The position numbers and the translations under genes are program-made. Of a DNA stretch of 64,000 nt, positions 26,101 to 36,681 are shown in pieces. Origin of the DNA: Setoptus koraiensis (taxonomy: Eukaryota; Animalia; Arthropoda); assembly GCA_048013815.1 (NCBI GenBank), contig CM106586.1, positions 5,704,001 to 5,768,000 on the forward strand. Reading direction: 5' to 3'. The notes under the pieces were generated by a model. That model had not been told where the DNA came from. It saw only the letters and a list, made by a program, of their open reading frames with translations, and ran no database searches. Positions within the stretch are counted from its first letter, which is position 1, and each line of letters begins with the position of its first letter.

Positions 26101-28150
26101 TCTCGGGGGCCGAATAATAACAGAATAGAGAAATCCACCGAATGCCACCGAATCATAAAGCGACTGTTCGGCGACTTCTCGGCGAGCCCGTTTCCCAGAA
26201 CCAGCCAGGCCTATAATATGTGTCGAGCTATAAATAGTGCGTAGTCGTTTCTTTTTCCGATCCCAGCTCGACGAGTTCTCGCGAAGAGCCCACCGCAGAT
26301 CGTGGGTGTCGGATATCGTCCGACGGTGACAAACATAAACCACGAAAGATGAAAAACAAAAAAATGGAAAAATGAAGGGGGCGAGCGAGCCCCTTTTTCG
26401 CAACTAAATCGCACAGGTATATCCAGCGGGGCCGTTGCGGCCGCCGCCGACGGCTCGCAAATCTAGACCTAGACCACTAATGATTGAGGAGATTTGCTCT
26501 CAACTTTGTATATGAAACCGTTTGTCCATAAATCCCTTTTCCCAGAATCCCTCTCCCAGACACTCGCCAACAATCGTCATCTACATCAACTAATCATATA
26601 ATTCCGACGAATACTTCTATCCCAACAAAAAAAAAACTGAAAATCCTCACAGGGTGTGACATATCCCGCTTGCCACGGTATGTGGCGCTATTGGGCACCG
26701 CCAATGGAACGTAGTCGATTAGCCACACTGGCCTTTTGTGGCTCGTACGCGGGCGCCGTTGTCGGTTTACCCATGTCCGGCGTACTGACATCCCGTTTTG
26801 GTTGGCAGGCCCCCTTCTATTTCTATGGCGCGGTTGGTTTGATCTGGTATTGTTTTTGGTTGTGGCTTAGTTTCGAGAAGCCATCTAAGCATCCAACAAT
26901 AAGTCGCGAGGAATGCGACTACATAGAGGCCGCAATCGGTGTGGTCAGCCACAAGCCCCCGACGGTGAGTTTGCAACAACAACAATCACAACAGCATAGT
27001 TTGTTGCTCCCATATAATTATTGCCGCAGCCCATTTATGGCCATAGTTACCTGTACACGTACTCACCTGTAATTTTCTTTTTGTTGTCCATTATACCTGG
27101 ATGATGATGATGATTTAACGCACGCCACTAAAAAATTAAACAACAACCTCTTGTCGTTGTTGTTGTTGTTGTTGTTGGAAAAACATTGCTGGTTTCGATC
27201 AACACGCGCAGTTCGCCTCTACACCATGGAGAAAAATACTCACATCGCATCCGGTTTGGGCCATCAATGTGGCAAATTTTTGTCGTAGTTGGACATTTTA
27301 TTTATTGTTGATTAGTCAGCCCATGTATTTTAGTGAAGTGTTCCATTTTAAGATAGACGAAGTGGGCATATTAGGCGCTCTGCCACATTTGTGTATGACA
27401 TTCGTTGTGCCAATTGGTGGCCAATTGGCGGATCATTTACGTAAAACGGGCCAATTAAACACTACCGAAGTGAGAAAACTATTCAATTGCGGCGGCTTTG
27501 GTATGGAGGCCATTTTCTTGATATTGGTAGGTCTCACATCTGATACCACATTTGCCATAGTGGCACTAACATTGGCTGTTGGCTTTAGCGGTTTTGCCAT
27601 ATCTGGATTCAATGTCAACCATTTAGATATAGCGCCTCGTTATGCCTCTATATTGATGGGTATATCAAATGGTTTTGGTACATTGGCGGGCATGCTATGT
27701 CCGGTAGTTGTGCAAATGATTACAAAAGATAAAAAGAACTTCAATAGACTATCATGGGAATGGCGCGAGGTATTTCAAATGGCCGGTGGCATACACGTTC
27801 TAGGTGTTATATTCTATTATTTCTTTGCCAGTGGAGAATTGCAATCATGGGCCGAGCCAAATCCGTCACAGTATCGTCTAGACGAGGAAACGTTACTTGA
27901 AAACAACAACGGCAACAACACAACAGTTATTGCAACAGCAGCAATAACAGGAAGTGACAATAGCAATCAGAACAATCAATCAATCAAGAGACCCATGGAG
28001 ACCAAGGTCAATCCAAATGGAGGCGCCATTACTCAGGTGTCGCCCACCACTAATCAGCCGACGCCCAATAGTGGGCTGCCGCCACGTCCGCAGGCGCCAC
28101 CGCCAGTACCAGATAAATCGAGACTAGTTACGCAATATAGTAGATCATAA
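2097..28150 (+). CDS. VGlut: Vesicular glutamate transporter (SLC17A6/7/8, eat-4 type), 6 coding exons, 657 aa
   Basis: Exons 2097-2254, 7374-7448, 11329-11581, 17245-17481, 26653-26964, 27212-28150 total 1974 nt (658 codons). All junctions are GT-AG and phase-compatible (2,2,0,0,0). SLC17 motifs: [54 protein letters not shown]. Confidence 0.95.
3777..3864. repeat. 9-bp tandem repeat (GTCGCTRTA-like), about 9-10 units
   Basis: Directly visible, with degenerate 5' units. Confidence 0.9.
7080..7140. repeat. 13-bp tandem repeat (ATATRTACCCGAT-like), about 4 units
   Basis: Directly visible. Confidence 0.85.
7374..7448 (+). CDS. VGlut: VGlut exon 2, 75-nt symmetric (phase 2-2) exon
   Basis: Acceptor ttttag at 7368-7373, donor gtaagt at 7449; open reading [25 protein letters not shown]. 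Confidence 0.65.
11329..11581 (+). CDS. VGlut: VGlut exon 3 (TM1 region)
   Basis: cacag acceptor, gtgagt donor at 11582; [28 protein letters not shown]. Confidence 0.92.
15133..15196. repeat. (GT)32 microsatellite
   Basis: Directly visible. Confidence 0.97.
17245..17481 (+). CDS. VGlut: VGlut exon 4
   Basis: ctag acceptor, gtgagt donor at 17482; [20 protein letters not shown]...VRILQGLVE. Confidence 0.95.
18790..18860. repeat. (GTTGTCGTT/GCT)n low-complexity repeat
   Basis: Directly visible. Confidence 0.85.
19305..19430. repeat. (CAA/CAG)n low-complexity repeat
   Basis: Directly visible. Confidence 0.85.
19623..19690. repeat. 10-bp tandem repeat (GCCCAAAGYN), about 7 units
   Basis: Directly visible. 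Confidence 0.85.
20062..20129. repeat. (CGT)n microsatellite, about 22 units with one interruption
   Basis: Directly visible. Confidence 0.95.
21860..21915. repeat. 14-bp tandem repeat (GAACGCCGAACAGC), about 4 units
   Basis: Directly visible; first unit degenerate. Confidence 0.8.
23225..23365. repeat. (GTT/GTC/GCT)n low-complexity tract
   Basis: Directly visible. Confidence 0.85.
26653..26964 (+). CDS. VGlut: VGlut exon 5
   Basis: cacag acceptor, gtgagt donor at 26965; [34 protein letters not shown]. Confidence 0.95.
27212..28150 (+). CDS. VGlut: VGlut exon 6 (C-terminal TM bundle and cytosolic tail)
   Basis: cgcag acceptor; [27 protein letters not shown]...; stop TAA at 28148-28150. 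Confidence 0.95.
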   Translation, partial: FASTPWRKILTSHPVWAINVANFCRSWTFYLLLISQPMYFSEVFHFKIDEVGILGALPHLCMTFVVPIGGQLADHLRKTGQLNTTEVRKLFNCGGFGMEAIFLILVGLTSDTTFAIVALTLAVGFSGFAISGFNVNHLDIAPRYASILMGISNGFGTLAGMLCPVVVQMITKDKKNFNRLSWEWREVFQMAGGIHVLGVIFYYFFASGELQSWAEPNPSQYRLDEETLLENNNGNNTTVIATAAITGSDNSNQNNQSIKRPMETKVNPNGGAITQVSPTTNQPTPNSGLPPRPQAPPPVPDKSRLVTQYSRS

Positions 28151-31100
28151 ATACATCATATGGACCCTAATTGTTGTTTGGTAATAATTATCCAGGCACA
28201 TTGGCTCACTCTCAATTGTTTTGTCTTGTCGGTGTATCAAATTACTGATGATAAGCACACTAAATACTAAATAGGGCCGACAACATAAGCGGATAGATGT
28301 AAATCAATCATTATTATGAATAATCAAGCACAATGACATCATTATTATTATTATTTGTTACATAAATTGTTACATATTGATCGCCTGACAATCCAATAGT
28401 TAAATTACGAAATTAATTAGTAGCAGCACCATAGAACTTAAACTGTAAATCATCGAGTATATGTACATAAAAGTCGTCGTACGGACCATAAAAATGGACT
28501 ACCTATAATATCACGTTGTCGTCTAATTTAAGGCTTGAGGGAGGATGATCAATTTGATTAGTTTGTATAATTGGATATTTACCACTGTTAAGACAACGTT
28601 ATGATTATATATCAAAAACTGTGAATCATCGTTTATCAATCACCATCACCATAACTTTATTATCCCAATATTCAATAAGTTGTTGGAATCGTAGTCGAAA
28701 AATGATGAGCTAATCTCAACTGGATTGTTTTTTACTTATAAAACCCCATTGTTTTCCCACATACAAGCCATAATACCCATAACAGATATGTATTCTCTGT
28801 ATGATTAAACTTTCCATCTTTTAAGCTAAACGATTCATTGGCGATATAAGATGGCAAATTAGAATATTGTGCTTAATTAATCCTAATGTGGCTCGCGGTT
28901 TGTTTAGTCCATCTGGCACTAAACTATATATCACGGTTAGTTGTTATTAGAATCAACTCCTCCTTCTGAATGGTCTCCTCTCTGCTGAAGCCACAACGAC
29001 GGAATATTAAAATAAATTGACTGAGAGATTAGATCCCTCATTGAGAATATTCCGTTTCCATTTATAGACAGTGTTTGCTCTATCTACGGATTATTATTTG
29101 GGCAAAATGGAGCCCCTCCACTAAGCCTATAAAGACATTGATAATTGATGATAGATCTTTTAATTGAGGTGCTGAGACCGAAGGTTGACAGCGGCATTCC
29201 TGGAATCGGTCTTCTAGGAGGGGCTAGTTATAAATCAAAGATCCAGGGATGGAACTTTTCCATGTAACTATTGTATGCAACCAAATCAACAAGGCCATCG
29301 AGAGCACGTTGGGAGTAGCGTTGAGAATATTGATTTTTGCATCTCAATCCTTGAGTTGTCTCATCCCTATGTCAGCAATAAATGGAAAGAGACTGCCAGT
29401 TAGTGCCATTAATGGGCTCTCTGGTGGTGTAGTTTTGACTTAATAGAAATGCAGCATTGATTGAGATTGATTGTGAGTGAGTTTCCTTCAGTCCTGGGCA
29501 CACGGGCCAGGTTTTCCTATTGGCAAAATGGATACGTCATCGAATCTGCGAATAATTCCTGGAGGCATATACATCACTCGGGGGCCGAGTGAAGGTGTCC
29601 TACATGCTGGTGCAAGTGATTATTTAATATTGATTATCATCACTAATGCTGGCTTGTTTAAATTGTCATGATATAGTTGTGCGCCGGTGCATAATCAATA
29701 AAACAGTAGTATACCAATAGGCGATGGTTAATTAATGATCCAAAAGAGTTATTAGAACAACCAGAAAGACAACCAGTGTCTTCTTGCGAAAGGCGCATAC
29801 CCTGGTGAGTGTGCAGTGCCGCGCATTGTTTACACCGTTAAGGAATTTTCGAAATCAGATGACCCGGGCCACAGAGGACCATAGATGTATTTTGATTTGA
29901 CATTGTGTTCGAATTTCATGTTATCTAGATCTATAGAGCTATCATATGAATTCAAATGGGCACTGTGCATTAGGAAGCTCTATTTCCATAAATGTAAACT
30001 CCATCAAAGCACGTGTCTGTTTCGAAGACGTTCTTTCCGAACTCGAGGGCCCCTTACACCTGTTAGATTATTCTGGTCGGTAAGAGACAAACTAGCAAAC
30101 GTACTAGTGTGAGCTTGTAACAAGACTCTGCTACTGGAGACCTTGTGGACAAGATTTGGAGATTGGGTGTCACACCAGATGGGACAGTTTGGCTAACAAG
30201 TTGTAAGAAGCCCCAGAGCGAAGATGATATCGTATGTTGCGCCCATTAAGAGCATTGTATCAAGAATGGAGCTTGCACAAGCCAACAAAGAGTGTTTAAA
30301 AAACTGTGAGCACGGTCACAAAACAACAAGTGACAACAAGTTGTGAGAGTGCAACATCGTCGGCGATTGCAAATTGCAAATTGCAATCAAACACTGACAT
30401 TGTTTTGGTGTTATTGGAGACAGCATGATTGAGAGCAGGCAAGTCATGCATTGCAAGTTGCAATTATATCATGGCATGACATGAGGTTCCATGGTCTCAT
30501 GTATAATTGTAATTTGCTCGTTGATGATGATGGTATTTTGAACAGTGTGACGTAATGGATTGAATTGATCGTATCTGATTGCGTTGAATATTTTGTTTGG
30601 TTCAATCGATAACACACGCTTGTTGTTGTTGTTGTTGTTGTTGTTACGTTGTCTCGCAATTGTCAGCAATCTCGTTTTGCTCTGTTTAATGACTTCATTA
30701 TTTGCGCATTTATACATTTGAAAACATGTGTATTTATGGCGTATATTGCCATGGCTGGCAGTGTACTGTACAATTTGTACATTATTGTCTATTATAGGCC
30801 CGTAGAGTACACAATACACGTAAACACGACAAACATGGGCCAACATAAACAACGCACAGCGAGACAGAATATAGACAAACAACAAGGGTTGACAATGATC
30901 GTTCATTCGTAATAAACAACAGCGACACCGGACAAAATGCCGATCGCTGTCGCCGATTCGCAACCAGACAACAGTGAACCGAATGTGCACTGTTGTCTGG
31001 TGTCGCCATTGGAAGGTATTGGACGGTCTATTCGAATGGACTGTTCGATGGCACGAACAACGAATTTCGGGATATGTTGAGAGCGTTCGAATGCGAATGG

Positions 31101-31388
31101 TGGCGACCGAACGGCACAATTGGCATTGTGAACACGTTACAAAACGAAACGAGCACGCACAAACCAGCGGCGGACACATGGGTGCGCACAGGGCCTACCA
31201 CTAACACTGTTGGCTTTGGGGCTGCTCAGGCGCCTCGCACGCGCGCCAATGGTGAGTTTCCGCCGAGTACATGTGCGCGCAAACTGCAACTGCAGTCTGC
31301 AACTGCAACGTTCGTTCGCTGGCCATTGTGTGTGCGTGTGTGTGTGCGCTGGCCATTGGGAGTGTACACTGCACAGTGTGCCTACACC

Positions 31389-31389
31389 G

Positions 31390-31449
<60 letters not shown>
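31389..31449. repeat. (GT)n microsatellite, about 30 units with one interruption
   Basis: Directly visible. Confidence 0.95.
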
Positions 31450-31452
<3 letters not shown>

Positions 31453-32475
31453 TCGAATTGGGGGCGAAACGCGGCCGGCTCAGCAGCGACCTGTTCTGGC
31501 CTGTGGCACCGTCCCCCGGCGATGAGCCGCGACTGGAAGTGGCGAATTGAGAGAATTGCCGCAGAATGTTGCTGGCACCGCGATGCAGCATCGAACACAC
31601 ACACACACACACGCACACACAAACAAGGTTGGCTGTCGCAGGATATTCGTCGCTGTTAACCTAAATACTGGCCATACTCAACTGTGCTCAACTGGGCTGT
31701 TCGCTCACAACGACCGAAGGCAGCAAAAAATTATTTTTATTTTGTGCCAAGTAGCAGTAGACTGGCAGGCTGGCAGCAGCATCAGTAGTGAAGTTTTTCA
31801 ATTTATTAATTAGATAAATGGGAGCTGGACAGCGGCACACAGCAACAACAAATTAACTCGATTGATTATACAATAATAGTAATAATAAAATAAAATTTAC
31901 ATTCTCACTTCATCAACGACAACACATCAGCGCACACACATTTGCATTTAAGTTGTTCATGTTTCACCGTAGCAGCAGCTCACTCACTCACTCATCAATT
32001 AATGAGCAGCATCAACAGCAACAGCAGCAGCAGCATCAGCAGAAGCAGCCACCACCCTTGATCAACCACCGACCTAAATAAATAGATTATAGCGCACACA
32101 CCAGCACACGCACACACACACACACAGAGCTTAGTCGCACAGACGAACGGACAGACACACGCACACGCGAACACACACACACACACACACTTACTCACTT
32201 ATAGAGAGAGACACACAGTCAGAGCATATATTGAACACATACAAGAGTAATAGTGTATCATTCTTACGCTAATCATAAAAACACACAGCTTCCTCTCTTT
32301 TTTATTATTATATACACTATTTCAACAATACATCAAACCATATTATTGCTATTTTTAATTATTTAAATCAACTGTGTAAGCGAATAAATAACTACGTGTG
32401 AATATTTATTATTATTTATATGATCATTATTATCACTCATATATTTTAATATTACATTCATTCAAGAACGACTCA

Positions 32476-33399
32476 ATGAAAATGGTTGAAGACACAAAGA
32501 ACATCATCGAATCATCCAAGCCCCTTATAGATGAGGTGGTCAACAATGCGAAAAAAGATGCACCCGTCAACAAGGTGGCACAACAATTGCAACAAAAAGT
32601 AACAGGCAACAAGAAGGGCAATAACAAAAAGAACAAAACTAAAAAGAAAAAAGAGAACAACAACAACACTAATAGTAATACCAACAGTAATAGTACGACA
32701 AATAAAAAAGATGACGACGACGAAGATGATGATGTATCTAAAGATGATAACAACACCACAAACACAACAACCACTACAACTACAAACAAATTGACCACGG
32801 ATAAAAGTAATCAAGACAATACAACATCAACTGTTACAACAGATAATAAGAGTAATCAAGAGAAAAAAGTAACCACAGATAGTAGTGATGTGGTCACCAT
32901 TGAGGTTACAGACAGTAGTAACAATAAGAAGGGCGACGAGCCGACAGAACAATTAGAACTGCAACCATGCTCACCTAAACACCACAAGTTTTGGACTAAA
33001 TTGCTCAAGAAGGCCAATCAACTTCAATCGCCTGCTTCCAAGGCGGTTAGGGCTGCTAAAACTGCCGCCAAAGCCGCCGATGACGCAGCTAGAGCAGCAG
33101 CAATAGCTACTAAGGCCGCTGAAGACGCTAATAGATACGCGCTTCTAGCTGAAGAGGATGCCAAAAAGAAGGAGGAGGAACTAATCAAGAAACAAAAAGA
33201 ACACGAACAAATGTTGGAGCAACAAGCACAACAGGCTAAACAGGCGGAACTAGAACAAAAACAAAAACTAGAAGAACAGGCCAAAGAGGAGCTTGCCAAA
33301 AAGGAGGAATTAGCTAAGAAGGAGGAGCTAGCCAAAGAGGCCAAAGAGGAGCCAGCCAAAGAGGTTACAGCAGAAGAACAACCAGCGGCTAAAGAATAA
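32476..33399 (+). CDS. Orphan protein: Asn/Thr/Asp/Lys low-complexity N-half and Ala/Glu/Lys coiled-coil C-half (307 aa from ATG 32476; may be a terminal exon)
   Basis: 924-nt open frame with EELAKK repeats. A possible phase-0 acceptor (ttcaag, 32461-32466) follows an AT-rich intron-like tract. No recognisable domain. Confidence 0.7.
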   Translation: MKMVEDTKNIIESSKPLIDEVVNNAKKDAPVNKVAQQLQQKVTGNKKGNNKKNKTKKKKENNNNTNSNTNSNSTTNKKDDDDEDDDVSKDDNNTTNTTTTTTTNKLTTDKSNQDNTTSTVTTDNKSNQEKKVTTDSSDVVTIEVTDSSNNKKGDEPTEQLELQPCSPKHHKFWTKLLKKANQLQSPASKAVRAAKTAAKAADDAARAAAIATKAAEDANRYALLAEEDAKKKEEELIKKQKEHEQMLEQQAQQAKQAELEQKQKLEEQAKEELAKKEELAKKEELAKEAKEEPAKEVTAEEQPAAKE

Positions 33400-33470
33400 A
33401 TTATATTTTATTTGTCCAAATTTACAATAATAAAAGAAGCATCATAATAATACAAGAGTCCTCGGCTATT

Positions 33471-34748
33471 TTATCCAGCACAATAGGTTTTTTCTTTCTC
33501 TAGTTGTCTAGGATAAACAAGTCGGTTTATATTCCATAAAATTGCATCACATATCACATTCATGGAAGAAAAATATTTCTCCCAAATATCACGAGCCTTG
33601 ATTTGCATAGATTTGTAAGCCATCTCATCTATTGAAGTCACAATTTTTACCAAATCAACCAATCGGCTCTCTGGAATAATCACAGAAAACTCGTTCCAGA
33701 TTATGTCGTCCGGAAAAGGTAACATGGCCTCGTCAGTGGCAATAACAGGAACACAGCCTCGTTCAAGGAAGTGGCCTAAATCTTTGTAACACTCTATACT
33801 CGTTTTTGTCGGAAGTAAGAGGCAATATTTCGATTGATCAAGAATAAGTGGATAGGGAAATTCAATTATTCCATCTTTTGTGCATGCAATTGTCTCGTGA
33901 TTTGTTGAGTTAATTTCAGTTTGATGAATGCAACCCGCCTTCAAGACCAAAAGTTCCCCTTCAGACTCTAGCTCCAACGCGTCCACGATTGGCACTATGT
34001 TAGTTTTCAAACTCTCATAATCGACAAGCATGTAGGTCCATGTGCGTTCAGTGAGATTGGTGAGATCCATCTTCATATAGGTGGTTCTATACGAAGGTAT
34101 TGGTATATCAAAGAATGGTCTTCTTGTGAATGAGTTCAGGCAAGAGCTAGCATGGAATGCATAACCTATGTTTACATCGTCCAATATATCTACCCGACTG
34201 CTAGATTCAGAGTCTAGCTCCATGGTCATTATCATGTGATTGAGTCCAGGTTTTTCGAGATCAATGTGGGTCCAATAAGGTAATCGGTGTAGCATAGCTG
34301 TTAGATCGCGCTGTGTGATATTGAGATTTCTAGCTAGGAAATTTAAGTTCAACGTGTCAATGCTTGGAACGTATATACAAGCTAGCTCTGGATTTGGCTC
34401 GTAATGATCACTAGCGATTATGGTCTCCAGAAGAGTCCAATATTCCTGGCTCATGTGCATTCTCGATGAGTACAAGATAGCACCATTGGTATTGGTATAG
34501 GTTATCGGTGGGTAGACATAGATTTTGACCTTCTGCTGAATTGTGTATTCGCACTGATAAATGTCAAAGCAGTTGTAGTAACTACATCGTTTTTGGTGCT
34601 GTCGGAAGTCCGGTGGGTATTCGTATACATCATGATCCGTCAACACTACAAAAATAGTTTTGTCCGACAAAGTTTCATCCTGGGTAGCTAGCGCCAAGTA
34701 ATATAGAGTGATGGTAAATAATAAGAAAAATGCATGGTTGGTGGACAT
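33471..34748 (-). CDS. EXT2: Exostosin-2-like glycosyltransferase, GT47 (exostosin) domain only, intronless, 425 aa
   Basis: First ATG at 34748 (the track start is TTG). N-terminal signal anchor; CSYYNCFDIYQC, ACIYVPSIDTLN, GCVPVI...MLPF..IIW and INRLVYP resemble the EXT2 N-terminal domain. No GT64 domain follows. Confidence 0.8.
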   Translation of the reverse strand: MSTNHAFFLLFTITLYYLALATQDETLSDKTIFVVLTDHDVYEYPPDFRQHQKRCSYYNCFDIYQCEYTIQQKVKIYVYPPITYTNTNGAILYSSRMHMSQEYWTLLETIIASDHYEPNPELACIYVPSIDTLNLNFLARNLNITQRDLTAMLHRLPYWTHIDLEKPGLNHMIMTMELDSESSSRVDILDDVNIGYAFHASSCLNSFTRRPFFDIPIPSYRTTYMKMDLTNLTERTWTYMLVDYESLKTNIVPIVDALELESEGELLVLKAGCIHQTEINSTNHETIACTKDGIIEFPYPLILDQSKYCLLLPTKTSIECYKDLGHFLERGCVPVIATDEAMLPFPDDIIWNEFSVIIPESRLVDLVKIVTSIDEMAYKSMQIKARDIWEKYFSSMNVICDAILWNINRLVYPRQLEKEKTYCAG

Positions 34749-35316
34749 TGCAGTTACGATGTACAATCAATCACATAATGATGATTTTAGCCAAAAAGAA
34801 AGCATGAATTATACCAGTAAATCGTCCGAAGCATGGCGTAAATGCGAACCAGATCTAGTAAAACTTTTTCCAAACCATGTACCTAAATTATTTATTTGTA
34901 CCAAAGCGGTAAATTTGAAATTACTGAGGGGGAAAAGGTAACTTGCCGCCAACGTGCCTCAACACCTTTTTTTTCCACTTTGGCTTAATAACGAGGACAA
35001 CTTTAGACTATATTCTCATAAAGGAGTTAGTCAACAGTATCTTTATGAGGTCACTAGAAAATCCAAGATGAATCTTGAGAGAGAGAACGAGAGAGTTGAA
35101 ATACCAAAGTCAATTGTTTGAAAATGAGCACGTGTAGACCGGAGTTGATACCCCCCAGTATTTACAAGACAGAGAGGAGCAGGCTGCAGATTTTTTCCCA
35201 ACTCAACATGTGCACTGAAAAAACCACAGTTTCATGTCAACTCAACACAATAATATTGAAATACTTGAAAGGATCATCGTATAAAGTTGAACTATTTATC
35301 ACCATAATCTACAAAA

Positions 35317-36117
35317 ATGAACGAATTATTTCAAGAGTTGAAGCTGCCTGGCTCCAAGTTGGTAACCTTCATATTTGATCCAACAATCAACAATAAGCAT
35401 TGTTTACTCGACACCATCATGAGTAATCTTGGTAAATTCCATCTCATCAAGACCGATCCCTACAGACATGATCGCGAACTCGATTGCGAAGTCTTTGATG
35501 CACTCAAGATCAAGGACAATAATATCTGCGACAAAATAAAACAACATTACCAGGATACAACAAACTCCATCCTATTTATAGATGATCTAACCAGGCTTAT
35601 GGTATACATGAAAAATGAAACGAAGCCAATTCTCTCATTATTGTCTACCTTGCATCGGCAGCAGAATCATGTCGTCTGTATTGGCCAGAGGTTCAATTGT
35701 TACGAAGAATTCATAAAAAATTTAGAGTACTTATCATCAGTATTCATAAGCATAACCATTGATTTCGACCACTACGTGGCCAATATCGATGATAATGTGA
35801 AGGCAGTCCATCGTACGCTAGCGGAAAAACAACTTGCAAGGATAACACATGATTTTACTCTAGCTCGCTATTCTGGCAAGACTCTTTTCAAGCCTTTCAC
35901 TCGTCCCAGGAAAAATTTAGAATCCGTTACTGATGAAAACAGCATCGAAATGTTATCCTTCAACCTTGGTCTGACAGATAAGGAGAGAGAAGCTAAGGAT
36001 AATGTAGTTTTACCTTTCACTAAGGCACAGGATCCATCGCTTTCTAAGATTTTCTACTATCCTGACAAAAATGACGATGTGGACGAAGAGGACCCAGATG
36101 ATGATCTCAATATTTAA
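35317..36117 (+). CDS. ELP5: Elongator complex protein 5, intronless
   Basis: C-terminal signature LSFNLGLTDKEREAKDNVVLPF...IFYYPD..DDVDEEDPDDDLNI. Confidence 0.9.
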   Translation: MNELFQELKLPGSKLVTFIFDPTINNKHCLLDTIMSNLGKFHLIKTDPYRHDRELDCEVFDALKIKDNNICDKIKQHYQDTTNSILFIDDLTRLMVYMKNETKPILSLLSTLHRQQNHVVCIGQRFNCYEEFIKNLEYLSSVFISITIDFDHYVANIDDNVKAVHRTLAEKQLARITHDFTLARYSGKTLFKPFTRPRKNLESVTDENSIEMLSFNLGLTDKEREAKDNVVLPFTKAQDPSLSKIFYYPDKNDDVDEEDPDDDLNI

Positions 36118-36180
36118 TTATTGTAAACATACTACATGTGTGATAATAATAAACGTTACAATTCTACAAACAAAACTCTT

Positions 36181-36681
36181 CTACCATTTCATTTCAACTC
36201 CCAATTTTCGCAATTCCAACATTCGTCTGTATTTGGGGATAGACATCAACTCTTCTTCGGGTATATCTTCCCAAAATTTAGGAGCGTCGACACACTTCAT
36301 CCAAAATCCACATTGACAACGTTTGAGTTCGCCTTTGTAAACCGTGGTGTATCTGACGAAAGAGGTATGCTCCTCACATTGGCAGCCAACGATTCGTTTA
36401 GTTTCGAACGAAGGTACCTCAATAGGATTTTCTTTGCAATCACCTTTTCCTTCTCTAGCAATAGGTAGTGTACAGTAAGGATCTAGATGACCTTGTTCAA
36501 AGGCCAATAAATATAGTTTGTAGTCTCCGGTAGCAGCCTCGACACCATGTGGAAGTCTTATGTCCTTGACTGGTATCCTTTCTTTGCCATCAACACTTTC
36601 GAGACTTCCAAAACCAAACCATGAGGTGATTTTTGGCCATAAGCTCTCCTTCTTGACTACGCGAACAACTTTTGAGGCCAT
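36181..36681 (-). CDS. COX5B: Cytochrome c oxidase subunit 5B, intronless
   Basis: ATG..K...A..G..DPY; NPIEVPS...RIVGCQC...RCQCGFW zinc-binding Cys pattern. Confidence 0.92.
   Translation of the reverse strand: MASKVVRVVKKESLWPKITSWFGFGSLESVDGKERIPVKDIRLPHGVEAATGDYKLYLLAFEQGHLDPYCTLPIAREGKGDCKENPIEVPSFETKRIVGCQCEEHTSFVRYTTVYKGELKRCQCGFWMKCVDAPKFWEDIPEEELMSIPKYRRMLELRKLGVEMKW

Noticed and set aside
1155-26600. Hundreds of 60-285 aa ORFs in the track inside the VGlut introns
   Set aside because: They occur on both strands, translate microsatellites or GC-rich stutter (CVCV, poly-T, poly-Q, Arg/Ala-rich) and show no domain motifs.
29760-30300. Mononegavirus L-protein motifs (TRGPLTP, RFGD)
   Set aside because: Spacing and following residues do not fit GxxT...HR, and no GDN motif was found.
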